A stretch of DNA of 63,707 bases, filler included, from Lenisia limosa (taxonomy: Eukaryota; Protista; Breviatea), in the NCBI GenBank assembly GCA_001655205.1. It is 17 parts of 17 records of this genome, joined end to end, with 100 filler letters (N's around TTAATTAATTAA, not from the genome) between each part and the next. Parts side by side here need not be neighbours in the genome. Positions count along the whole stretch, not along the records: positions 38,984 to 40,785 come from LPNZ01001985.1; positions 40,886 to 57,888 come from LPNZ01006057.1; 15 more parts are not named here. The stretch is one strand, 5' to 3'. A program made the position numbers and the translations under genes. This document shows positions 39,968-53,400 of this stretch, in pieces (positions within the stretch are counted from its first letter, which is position 1; each line of letters opens with the position of its first letter). A model generated the notes under the pieces. The model worked only from the letters and a program-made list of their open reading frames with translations, ran no database searches and was not told the DNA's origin.

Positions 39968-40090
39968 CACTACCGCGCATCGACTTGGGATTCTTGTAAA
40001 AACGTTGGGGAATTCCAATATTTTACAAATATGAGAAATTTATGGGATTCCCAGAAAAACTAGGGAATCCCAAGTCGATGCGCTAGAGTG
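39968..40090. mobile_element. CACTA-like MITE family B copy
   Basis: CACTACCGCGCATCGACTTGGGA ... TCCCAAGTCGATGCGCTAGAGTG. Confidence 0.65.
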
Positions 40091-40885
40091 AACAACCGTG
40101 TATAGGATATAATCAGAACAGAAAATAAGTTGTTGGAGCTCAAATCAGCTGCCTTTCTCTCAGCTCTGGTGACTGGAACATATTTGAGATGAACTATGGT
40201 CAGGTTGTGAGAGTTTTTCTGAGCTCTGTAGCGAGTGCAACAGAAACAGCCCTGGGGATCATCTTCGTTTCATGTAACTACAACAACTTCAGGAAAAGCA
40301 ACCGAAAGAACGTGGTAGACATCTCGATATGATTACTCGCGTGAAACGTCGACATGATGGAAAGAATTTCGTCACGTACATTTATCAAAAAGCTAATAAA
40401 AAGAAACATCACCTAAAACAAAACAAAAACAACACGATCACTCATCAAAGTCTAACCCGATCATTTCCTTGGTCTCTAAGTCCGCCAGAACTTCGCGTCG
40501 CTGGAGATCTTTTCGCTGTAAAAAGTCAAAAGAGTAAAATGGAATATGTACGTACATCTCATCTCAAGAAAGATATATGAAAATATATGATATATACTAC
40601 ATGTATAATTATATAGTATATATCACACATTGCAATTAAATAGAGCAGATGGCATAGAATATCATAATACATATACTTTTCTGCTATGTGTGTTCTGGTA
40701 TGTTACAGGGTATTGCTTGTGTGTACTTATTTGACATAGACACATATGATATTTGTATGGTATGGTACAGGGAAGGGTGGGGGGGNNNNNNNNNNNNNNN
40801 NNNNNNNNNNNNNNNNNNNNNNNNNNNNNTTAATTAATTAANNNNNNNNNNNNNNNNNNNNNNNNNNNNNNNNNNNNNNNNNNNN

Positions 40886-41186
40886 TTACTCCGAGGGGTA
40901 CAAATTTTTGTTTCTTAACACTAAAAGAGGGTAAGATTCAGAAAACAATCCTGTGAAAAGGCAAAAGGGAGACCCCCGAGAGACCAAACTCACTGATTTT
41001 TGATATTTGCTCAAAATTGAAAAAAAAAAAGTAAGGGAACATTAGGAGGTCCATTTCTCTTTGTATCTGTCGAAGCATTTTTTCAAAAATCACTAGCAAT
41101 GGCCTGGCCTATACAAGGTGTCAATCAAGCTGTCCGGGAGTTTTGATGTGTCCGGGAATTTTGAATGATGTCCGGAGCTTTGAGGT
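40886..41186. mobile_element. Family F element, right half (cut by contig start)
   Basis: Near-identical to 33002-33273. Confidence 0.8.
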
Positions 41187-42631
41187 ACATAATATATATA
41201 TATAGTATATATGTATCATATATTACATGTATGTATTTTATTTTGAACACTCAAACCTTATCCTCCTTACATTGAGCAGGCACCCGGGCGAAACTGGTTA
41301 CTGCATTCCCGGTGCCGCTGGAGGCTAAAGATTCAAGGAGCCCCGCTCTCAAGTTTGTTGGGTGATTTCAAACACATACCCCCTATCGTTTCATCTTTTA
41401 ACCCACAAAGGTGGATGCCTGACGACAAACTGGCGATTATCACCCAAAAGAAGCCAATTGTCATTTCCAACATCATGCCCAAAAAGAAATGATGTAATGG
41501 TTTTGTTGATAGCTTTTCTTGTTTTGTTTCTTCACGTTATTTCCTTACTCACTAAGAGAATGCCTTAGTGAAAATGTTTTTGTTTCCTTTTTTTAGATGA
41601 GTATGAATTGTATGATATATTTATGATGCTTAAACCGGTTTCACTAACCAATAATACATTCAGAACAAAATGTAAAACTAACACAATACCTGTACAAAAA
41701 TACACAAACTACCTATATCAAGTGACTAATTGAATATTAAAAGGTTATCCATCCATTTTCTGCCTCCGACTATTTCCGATTCAAACGCCGGGGGGGGGGG
41801 GGTNNNNNNNNNNNNNNNNNNNNNNNNNNNNNNNNNNNNNNNNNNNNNNNNNNNNNNNNNNNNNNNNNNNNNNNNNNNNNNNNNNNATCAAGGAGGGGGA
41901 ACTCTATAGAAACATGGCTCCGCCATGATTCTTTTCTCCTTTAACCTTTAACTTTTTGCCAAAGAATAAGTATGCAGAAAAAACAACCAATTATATTAAG
42001 TACTATTTACCTCTACCTCTTGATGACGGACTGCGTCAGGTAATTGAGGTCAGTTGTTAATCTTTCTTTTTTTTCTACAGTCATATGATATATAGTCTAT
42101 AGAGATGATGAAAAATAAATAAGGATGTATCTGGTCGAAGCCATCACAACTCTGTTTGCAGACATTTTTCTGCCTCCTCATCGTGTTGGTAGTATTGCTG
42201 TATTCATGCAATGCTAATAAAAAAATGCCTGACTATTCCTGCGCCCGCTAAAGTTGCGCCGCCTCCCAATCCAACAAAACATATGAAATTCCTTCAATAA
42301 CAAAGGCGCATAGATATTACATACAACAAGATTTTGCTTGTACGGGTTGGTTTTGAACGATTTCAAATTCGGAAGTGGCGCAACTTTAGCCGATCTTGTA
42401 AATTTCTTTGCGTTTCGTTCTAAGGAAAACCACCCACATATTCATATTCTAATTGAGTATTCCGCCTTGGCGCATGCTGGCGCATGAGAACTTTGAACTT
42501 TGAACTTTAATGCATCAATAATCTGGGGGTGTATACAACCCAGGAAACAGAAGTCTCGGTATAATTTTCCGAGAATATACCCGCCGGCGTCCAGGGAAAT
42601 CAATGTCAAAGTTCAGAGACAATTCTTCATC

Positions 42632-45600
42632 ATGCCACGAAATGTGGTATCCACCATCTTCGCTGTCCTCATCATCTTCTTGACGGCACACTATGTCTTC
42701 TTTACTACGCGTAGCAAGGTCTTCAAAGTCGCCCTGAGTGTACCCTCCTCTCTTCCCCTGCTCAATAACACTCTCTTTGAAGAGCTTCGAAATCAAAACA
42801 ATGAATCTATTTCAGTTACTGGTGGAGCGGGGTTAGGAAGAGCTTACTGAAATCTACTATTCTCTTGTTTTTAAGATTGTGCTGCAGATATGTTTATTGT
42901 ACTTTAAACAATACGCCTTACATCTCCGTAAAGATGGCATCTTGATCTTGACTTACCCAACAGCAACCTTTTCACAACATTAGACACACCTGTCGAACCA
43001 GTGGTAGAATCCGACCGGGAGCGGGATGATGATGATGACATGGGTTGTGACGATACTGAAGATGCTGCCGCATTCCATTACTCCGGAATGGCGAAGTATT
43101 CACCGGCACCGGTTGTGACGTTCAATCTCGATGACATCCCCCATTTCGACTACCACCAAGTGGGCGCGGGGGAGTATGTTTTACTTTTAATTCCCTTGAA
43201 CCTCAGAATTGATAGCCTGACACAATACATAACTGTTTCCTAATAAACACCTAAACATCAATAGTTCTTTCCAACTTTGCTTTTTGTTCCATATTATTAA
43301 CCGCCAGGTCTTCACAAGAACCGCCCCGGAGTATCTTGTGATCTCCAACCGGGTACGTCCGATTTTCAGCGGCCACCAGGAGGCGATGACGTGGCATGAG
43401 GACAGAAAACACTGTGGGTGGCAGAAGGACAGAAAACACTGTGGGTGGGTTCACATCACTTATGACTGCTTCCATTTGCTCCCAAAATGAATCACCCAAT
43501 ATATCCTCAATAGATACCTTGTTTTTCGGACTGTATGATTCCATACTTATGACTCTTCACAAGTAGATAATGGATTATTAGGGCATTCACAACTTGCTCA
43601 AACCATCAAAGCTGCCAAAAATACGTACACCAATTTTCTCCTGGGTATGAGTGGAAGGTTTTTGTTTCAAAGTGATCTTCAGTGGGTGTTGGTACTTTTT
43701 ATACTGTCATGTTTTACTATTCTCTCGATATTTTATTTTAATACTAGTAGGTTGTAGAGCTATTGTTTGTGTGAAAATAATCAAATTACGTTTCCCATTT
43801 CAATATACTATCTAATATAGTAGGACATCTGAGCATGTGATCTCTCCTGGTTTTAACAGGTTCAGGAATTGCATCATCAGCTGAAGAGCTTCATGTTCGA
43901 ATGGCCATACGAGACACTTATGCGTCTGTCAAACAGAGGGGCGTGTCATCTCGGCACGTGTTTCTCATTAGGCTTCCGGGGGAATGCTATGGTGGGTGGA
44001 TTTGAACATGTCAAGCTTCTTTCTATTTTGTGATTGATCGCAAAAACTCACAAATCAGTCAATACCACAATGTGTTCGTCGTTGAAAGGAGATCTGACTA
44101 GAGAGCAATCTATTCATTCCGATATATGGGTCTCCCCAACCTTCTGTGACACTGGCCTTGAAATGGTTTGTCTTCAGTTGATTTCCCAGGAGCGTCTACA
44201 TACCCCCCACCCAGTGTTGATTTGAGTTTTTGTTTGTTTCATATATTAACCATTTTACGCCTCTACCTCCATTTGCTTGGACATATTTTTTAACCTCACA
44301 GGATCTTCACTACCACAACGAAGTGCTGAGTGATGACTCTGTCTTTACATGGGGGAATTATATATCGGTGTGGGGGGGGGGGNNNNNNNNNNNNNNNNNN
44401 NNNNNNNNNNNNNNNNNNNNNNNNNNNNNNNNNNNNNNNNNNNNNNNNNNNNNNNNNNNNNNNNNNNNNNNNNNNNNNTATCAAAAGGGAGAAGAATACA
44501 AATAATACATATAAAATTCTAAAAGAAATTGCAGGGTTAGTATTTGGAAGAATACGGATTTCAGATTTGTTGCCACTTGGAATTTAGGGCTAATTATTTG
44601 AGCAGCTTCTGGATAATTTGTGATCTTACCCTTCAGGCAAGTAGTGACCAATGGGTCAACACCGCATATTTGATGCAGTTCTCCAATGTGACCAAAACGT
44701 ATGGGGGTGTAATACCATTTTGAGAAAAGCTAAATGATTTTGTATACTATATGATATACTATATCATATGATATAGATATGACATATAATTATTATTTCA
44801 AATTACGTCTCTTCACACGAAAATGTGCTTTATTTTTCAACTGTGGGTTACTTTAAGTCGATTATCTTATGATTTAGAATTGTATTCAATGATGGGTTGG
44901 AAGGTTCCTCATCCGTGTTATTGATTCCTGCTGAAACCATCAAGCAGTGTCTTTATGTAAGCTTGGCAACTTCTGTTGTTGAGCCCTTCTGCTAGTTTTA
45001 GACCAATCTTGACAGTACAACATTTTATTAGGGGTTTCAATTCAACCTCATATACATATAATATGTAGGTTTCATGATTTAGTTTTATTTTGATGAGAAT
45101 ATTCATCTTTTGCTAACAAAGTAGACAAATATTCCCGTCTCCAACTATTTGTTAACACGGAACTGTGTTCATCAGAAATCGTCAAGGATTTACTCTAGCG
45201 TAAGCCGTTTACCCTTCCTCTATGTGCAAATATTAAAAAATTTTATAAATTAATGAGGATCCAACATTCAATGTACAGAATCCTCATCAATATATCTCAT
45301 ATATTATAGAATATTATTGTGTATATCATAATATATCATATCCATATGATAAATTATGTATGTATGTATCATATGCTATATACAGTATATATATCTCCCA
45401 TTTGGCCACTAAAAAAAAGCGCGCAAAAGTGTCCATAGAAGTAAGATTGTCTTACTCTCACTTTTCTAGGATGGCGAAGAAACCGCCCTGATAGCCAATG
45501 CATCTGTCGCCAAAATATACTGGGCTCACATGTACTTTGTTGTCGACCCTCTGACTAGAGTCAAATTCAATGCCGACAATGTTAAACGCCTCATTAAGAG

Positions 45601-46490
45601 CAATTCAACTGACCTGAGCTCTCTTTATTCGAAACTGAAGGCTTATTTCGTATCATTTGGTTGGTTTTATTGAACCTGGGACATATCATAATTTAACATT
45701 GGAAAACAATAATTTACAATAAGATCGGATTTTCACTTCAGTTCTCAAATGTGATATAAATACCCACACCTGCATATATATAACTCAGATCAAAGATATG
45801 TCCTTGTATTACTCTTGAAATTCCACCAACCATTTAGGAGAGAAAAGAGGCGGAACTAATATGGTCGATCACCTGCAAATCACAGAAATCGAAACCACCT
45901 TCGTCCCCTCTGTGCCGCGACTGACAGCGTCACCATGGACTGGTATGATCTGTGTGGATGGGTTATTATAGTATTACATTATAAATTGGGAATAATAACA
46001 GCGCTGGTCAGCATAATAATATAGAAAATATTATAAGTTTGATATACTATATTGCACACATTTTGTACATAAAATCAAACGTATGATACGAAATTACCAC
46101 CAGATATCATTGGTAAAGTAGGTCCAATATACAAGGCGTTTTGTCATATTCTAGGTCGATTACGCCCTCTCTTCGAAAGAAAAGTTGACCTCATGACATT
46201 TATAAAATACAACTCTCATCGTAAGCTTGTGTCTTATGGAAACCAATTATTATGGTCAATTTCATTATAGCGCACTAGTATCTTCCCTTTTTCTGGCTTG
46301 CGATGATTTGAATTGGAATAGTTATTGTTTTGACAAACAGAGATCAGCATATGGCGACAAGCAAACGAGAAGGGTAAAAACTGTCCATTTGTCATCGGAA
46401 TCCCCACAACTCCTGGCGATGCGCTTACCAGACAGNNNNNNNNNNNNNNNNNNNNNNNNNNNNNNNNNNNNNNNNNNNNNAGATACCGTG
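42632..46490 (+). CDS. Type II membrane protein with GT31 (beta-1,3-galactosyltransferase)-like segment, multi-exon
   Basis: N-terminal signal anchor MPRNVVSTIFAVLIIFLTAHYVFF and an acidic stem; exon GIASSAEELHVRMAIRDTYA resembles the GT31 RxAIRxTW motif. Later exons are not confidently assigned. Confidence 0.45.
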
Positions 46491-46799
46491 CTGTCTATGG
46501 GGTCAAGCGAGTGGGTATGGGTGTTGTTTAGTTTCAAGTTACATTAAAAATGAAACCATATTATCATATACTACTGAGAGTAGCCTCTTCTCAAACTACC
46601 CTTACATTACATCATTCATCAACATCGTTACCATTTTGCATGGATTGTTACGACGAATATAGTACTATTTTCTCCTTGATATAATTATCCAATGTAGGGT
46701 TTTATTAATAAATGTGATAATTTGGATGATTTGATGGTCCTTTTTCCAAATACAGGTTGCTTTAATATAAATAATCAATGAAAGGCAAGAAATGACTTA

Positions 46800-49602
46800 C
46801 TGTTCAGTTTTTGTTACAACCATGTCTTCGTAGCAGGATTCATGAAGGAGTGTTTTCGTTAGAGGGTTTTCATGGGTCAATTTGCTTGTATTTGAGGACA
46901 TTTTAAGTTCACTCCTGTTTTTAAACCATCTTTATGCCCCTTGGATCAACTATGAGTTCATTCATAGATTATTTTAATCCTGGTGTAAAACCGTGATCAT
47001 TATTTTATTTCCTTGTTATAGAGGTAATGAAATTTTTGCAAAAATTTTGGGAATAATTTCTTCATCCAAAGGAAGGGAAATGCAACCATTTCATTTTTAC
47101 CCTACAGGCTCAAACGAGACGAAATGTCAGGAAATACAGAGAGATTTAGAGATTGAATTGGACTTCCATGGGGATATTATCCAGGTGAGAATTGCTATTT
47201 TTCGAAAAGTGAGCGTTTACTCTGATATGGAGTGGGGTATGATTTTTTCTGGATGAATAGTAGCGCCAACAATTTGTAAATGAAGCTTGTTCCTTCGTTG
47301 TAAGCGTCAGTGCACATAATACCCATATTGAGAGGGGAGGGGCGCTATGTTTTTAAAAAATTACTTGGGGTTTTGGCACCATTAAAGCAAGTTAGAGCAA
47401 ACCACTACCTAATCCAATCTTACATTCTCGATGTACCATCTCTTTCTGATTTGAGACAACCAATGTAAAAAATGTTTGTTCACACATCAGGTTGAAACTG
47501 TGGAAGGAAAGGAATATCTTCTTCATAAGGTTGGCACGTAATGAAAATACTCTTGAGTGAGAAATTGTTTTCTACACATCCATTCAATGAGATTCATATC
47601 CGTGATTTAGATTTTTAAAATGGCATCATAAGTGTAATTCCTCATTTCTACACAAGATACACAACAAAAGCAAACGAATGAAAAGCATGATATTGATAAC
47701 ATAACTCTTAATTGCGCCCTTTATATATTATACAGTCTCTCGGAATGATCATCAAGTATTATTATATCATGTCATATGTCCGTATTTTTTTCTCTCATTT
47801 TCGCTTGTTTTTAATAAACTAGGCGTCAGCCGTGTTCTTTATGCTCAGTGAAATGTATCCCGATGCTAAATACTATCTTAAGGTATGGAGGGTTCTGAGG
47901 GGATAAGACTTTTCTAGGTCCTATTTTTAGGACCCCTCCTTTGACAATTTTTAAAGGAGTAGAATACCATATTTGTACAATTATATTAACTGTTCAGATG
48001 GACTCAGACGTATTCATTGATTTGCCTTCTGTTCTTACCTCGATTCTCATGGGAAATTACCACAAAGACACCTTGATAGGATTTCATCATCTGTTGGCTG
48101 GATTTGATTTGTATTTTTTCAATAAGCTCTTTTGTTGCAATAAATTATAAAATGAAAGTAGGGTTTCGTGGATATAGGAGATACTCTCCGTCAATACTAT
48201 ACACATCAACTATTTACTATCCATATCTGCCAAATTCGAACGGATTACTCATTTCTCTAAGGTACGATCGTCCAGATAGAGACGAGGCTTATCAATATCA
48301 CGCAGACTTCAATGCGTTCCCCTTCCAAACAAGTGGGACATTCGATTATATTTTTAGGAAATGTTATTTCGTTGTTGAGACTTTTAAACACATAGATTTC
48401 AAATCCATATGATTAGGGCTTCCCTACTCTCCGAAAAAGACCTGTAAAATATCAATATTTATCGAGGATATATCGAAAAATTAAGTCTTTTTTCGGAACG
48501 TTGGAAGCCCTACATATGAGAAGTACGTATTTTATATTGTGCATCATGTCATCTCATATCATATGATAAGTGGGAAATTCTAGGACATTTCACTGGGCAA
48601 TGGATATCGTATTCTTTTTATTGCGCCCTATAATACATTATTATTTCAGCTGGTCAGTACATTTATGGCAGTTTCTTCATGTTCAGCCGCTCACTGCTCG
48701 AAGCTGCCAAGCCTGTATGCAGTTTTCAGAGCTTTTTATTAGTTTTAAAAAATTTGAAGAAAATCTATATCCTATTGAATATGATTCATCAATATTTTCC
48801 TCTTCTTGGGGTGGGGAGCTTTTTGCTTTGGGAAGGTTGAATTTACATTTAATTATTTTACAAAAAAAAACAGTTACTTCCATATACAAACTTTATCCTA
48901 TGAGGTTTTTCAGTTGTGTTTAGTTCCTTCAAATATTTGAGTTTTCTCTAACCTTTTAGGTTTTCAAAGCTCATATGCGCAATTCAGCACTATTATTGAG
49001 GGGCGAACTACATCACCCTGGTCACTTCTATATGTATGAAGGAATGTGTCACTTTTTTTTGAAAGATAGGTGATAGCCTTATAGTTATGTGAAACCCACC
49101 TTGGGGTACCTTGACTTGGTTTGGATAATGGTGAGGTCATAGGCTGAATCCAGGACTACAGAAACATAATGTGGATTAAAGCGATCTTTCACTTCCGAAA
49201 ATAGTATCCCCTTATGAATTCCAGAGCCGGGACAATCCAACAAGCAGTGGCTGGATTCCCGCCTCTTGCAATTGAAGACGTCATTGTCTCCAACATCCCA
49301 AATGCTTTTGGTGCGGTAGTGCAGCAGCGAGTGCGGACACTGTTCAATAAGGATTGTGTTGGGGGGNNNNNNNNNNNNNNNNNNNNNNNNNNNNNNNNNN
49401 NNNNNNNNNNNNNNNNNNNNNNNNNNNNNNNNNNNNNNNNNNNNNNNNNNNNNNNNNNNNNNTTCAGCTACACACCAACTACCATAAGGCATTAGACACC
49501 CTTTTCCACTGTCCAAAGTTCAATGAAAAGACACATTTCCTGTACTACTATCTTCATCGGATCTACACTGAGATATTTCCGACTCTGGATACGGGTAGGT
49601 GA
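46800..49602 (+). CDS. GT31 galactosyltransferase-like catalytic domain, multi-exon
   Basis: Exons LEIELDFHGDIIQ | ASAVFFMLSEMYPDAKYYLK | MDSDVFIDLPSVL (DxD) | YIYGSFFMFSRSLL | PPLAIEDVIVS (EDV) | LHTNYH...DTGR* occur in canonical GT31 motif order. Confidence 0.65.
48414..48512. mobile_element. hAT-like MITE family A copy in a GT31 intron
   Basis: TAGGGCTTCCCTACTCTCCGAAAAAGAC ... GTCTTTTTTCGGAACGTTGGAAGCCCTA; flanks CATATGAT / CATATGAG (7/8 TSD). Confidence 0.8.
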
Positions 49603-50404
49603 TGATCTTGCAGTATTAGAAATTCGATTTTTTTTAATTGTAAAAAAAGCCCTATCAAGAGAGTGTTGGTCTTTTGTATCATAGAGCTCTGGACTATTAA
49701 CTGTTCAGGTAACTACAGCGACTTCATACCACACTTGCAGTCCCAAAGTATGAGGGCTTTTTGATAAAGCTATTTTATTGAAATAAGATACAATAAAGAC
49801 GTACCGAAAAGCTAAAACCAGAATCACAGCATTGTCTCTGAAAAGTAAATTATAAAAGCTAAAGTGGGAAAATGTGAGAAGAGTACGCAATTTGTTAAAG
49901 CTGTCTTAGGATTTATTTTTGAATCAGCGTTACTTTCAACACAAATTTCCATTATAAGTAAAGAGTTCTGAAAATTCCATATTAAGGAAATCTGGAGTGA
50001 TTCCATCCCACACTCCTAACTCCCCAGCTTTTGAAAAGCATTGGAACTGTATCCTTGTCAACAAGTGCAACCCTCAGCTGTTACCTGCTTCCTCTCTGAT
50101 TTGACTTTTCTGCTCTAATACCCCCCCCCCCCACCTAAGTGAGGTGTTTCTTTTCAAGTAAATTTAATTTGGATGGTTAAGTATAATGTATCTGTGTATT
50201 GATAGATGGGTTTGGAATCAGCTGTACAGGAAGGTATACTTGTTATCATACGAAAATACAAGAGTGTTTGTCATGAAATATCGAAGATTTCAACAAAATT
50301 GTATTTGATTTGAATCTCATACCAATGATCATAGAACCTTAAGTAGTTTTGGTCAACTAATGTGGTCTAAATGTGATACTGTATTCAATAAAGGAAATAA
50401 AGAC

Positions 50405-53400
50405 TTAGGAATGGGCAATAAGAGAAACCGATGTCAGACTCTCCAAAAGGGCTTCGTTGAAATCCTGGGCTTCCACAGGGGAGCCAACAAGAGATTGGAC
50501 CTATAAATGTAAAAAATGATTTTTTTTTTATTGACACTGTAATTGAAGCTTTAATGAAAAAGGAGAAGAAAGCTACTGACCTTAAGAATGATATCTTCTG
50601 GAAATAAGGTATATGAAACTGAAATTCCGGAGTTGTTGGCAGGGGGGAATCCGGCCATGGCTGAAGACAAAGGTAGCTGGGCACTGGCAACAGCCCAATT
50701 GGAGGATTCAGCGATGTCAGAATTGGATAACAAGTGGTGCGGCACATAGCCAAGACGTTCCTACTGTATTAAGTCTTTTTCATTAATACGATATTTCTTA
50801 AAGACTATGATCGTAGAAAAGAAGTCCATTAGTAACCTATTTATCTCACCATCATCAAACGGATGCAGCTGAGATGATTGTCAACACCAAGGCCAGATCG
50901 AACTTCCTAGTTTCAAGATTAAAAGAAAATGGTCTTCATGTCAATAGGATTCTTTTTAAAAGGCAGACATATCATGTTGAACTTGCGATAAAAACGTGTA
51001 ATATAATTGTAAAAGGAATTCGAGTAGTTTTGAGCCGACTCTGAACAGTTTGCGATGTGCGTCCACAGCTTCCATGAGGTATTCTTTCTTCTCCACAAGC
51101 TAATGTGTCAGAACTAAGTAACGATTCAAACAAATGGTTCAAAAAAGTTTCACAAATGTTCTTGAAAGTCACATACAGTCATATCATGCCTTCCTTCGAT
51201 ATCAATGAACTCTCCAGATTCCACTGTTGCTGTCCTTATGGTGTCGTACCATCCCCATCTGAATGCCCTGGAGCGAATCAGTAGTTCTGCTAGTGTCGCA
51301 AATGACCAAAAAATGTTGTGCGTATAATTCAACTTGACTTTTAGATAGCTCACCTTGTGCTACAGTTTTCACAAGACGGAGCAGTGTAACCAATTGTTTT
51401 TCTAATTGCAAGTTGAATGGCAATCTAAATGGTATTGAAGATCACAGAAATTGAAATATTCGGATAATATTAGCAAAAAAGTAAAATAAAACACCAACTT
51501 GAAGAGCAGCACCAGCTGGTATATCAAGAAGATTGAAAAACTCAGAACCAATTCCTTCAAATATGCGAGTCTAGGGAGTTATACTATTATATGGTTGAAA
51601 TAATTTAGATTGCAAATAAACCAAACATTTACAAAAGAGCTGTTCTCAAGGTTATCCTGATAGTGTTTTGCAGAAGGAAGCATGCTTTGAGTAACAGTCT
51701 GGGGAACAGCAAACCGGGCCTAAAGAATCAAATACATAGATCATTCTATATAAATTGAGTATCTTAGAAAAATAGTAGTTTGAAATTTGAACAGACCTCA
51801 GCTATCAAAGGAAGACCATTAGAAGGCAATGAGGCTGATGTCACGGGTAATTCACGTGACCTAATAGGAGTGGTAAAAAATTTGGATGCAATACTGTCTT
51901 TTGTAACTGTTTTTAAAGTGCTGTCTCACCTGTAATAGGAATAGTCTGCGAGACGATGAGCAGCGATCCCATCCAAACTGGCAGCCTGGGGAGATGTGAA
52001 TGCCACCAAAGTTAAATGGTAAGATTTAAGAACCAAACTTATAAGGAACCAGATTTCTCGAAACACCAATAATTTAATCTCATGGTTTTTTCAGACCGTA
52101 TTATCCCAGGCCTACTTCCACCACAATGCCCGCTGCTCCGTCTGGTAAAACAACAAGTTGCAGCGGCTGGTTGGAATAAATATGCAATAATTGTGCATGT
52201 TGTGATTCTATTTATCATAACACATTTTTTACGAATTTTGTGTCGACAAAAATATAGAACCGATGTACCTTATCACGCCATCTATTGGAGTCATTGAACA
52301 TAAGAGCCTTATCAACATCCTCAGGAAGATGTGGAAACTCGTTGTCAATTGAAACGGTGAACAAGGCTGAAGCAAGCAGATGAAGGGTCTGAGAAGTTAT
52401 GGGAGATCATATACATGAACTCCAGAAAACAGTTCTAGTGTATCTCAGATAGTATATAAGTAATATGTAGATCATACAACACACCCGCACAGAGATAATA
52501 TTTTAATAATCAAATAAACAAATTTATTAAGGTTACGCTATGTAAAAATCATATTTGATATAACAAAAGGATAAACTCCAACTTTTTCATTTTGCATTCT
52601 GTTGAAGTCCATTAGATGATGGAAATTCTAAAGTGTGAGTTGTTTCATGGGTTGTATGAGGAATTATATCCAATATTAAATGAAGTATCTCTCTGAGTCC
52701 GTCCACTCTATTAAGTAAAAATAGAAAACCAGTTGTACAAGCTTACAGTTGCCCAAATGTCTCTTGTGGTTGCGGCGAGAAGGCCAATCCCAGGCCCATA
52801 TTCATGCCTCTTTTTCTGAGTCAGGATCTGAAGACCCCTAAGTTCTTGTTAAACTTCAGTTTGGTATGTCATTTTATCCTTCTTTTATTTTTTCATAGGA
52901 AACAATTTATCGCTACATACGAGTGAATTTGGTTCGGATGTAGAGGGTCACCATTTGCTACACTGTATTAAAAACTTTTTTGATTATATTGGTAAATATC
53001 CCTCAACGATTTAATGTCTATGATATACTGTATATATGTGTATTTACTCACCTGCAAGAACGTCCATTGCGTACATTGACCCATGGTGGAACACGACCAC
53101 ATGCCGTCCTTAGCTATTAGGATGTATTGTTGTTAAATAATTAAAATTCCGAAAATATATTTGATCATTTCGAATTTAGAAGTGACATATCAAACAAAAC
53201 TCGAAATAAGAACATTTCATAATCATTACCAGGGTTGACGTTCCAAATAGCATCCTGCTTTTCACCAGGGACTCTCAAGGAGGAAAACATGTTTCTAAAA
53301 GGTCATTGACGATCAATGAAAGCCATACTATGTGACAATAATCCCCCCACAGCACACCTATAGCTTTCCATGCAGCGGGGTCCATGGGAACTGATATCTG

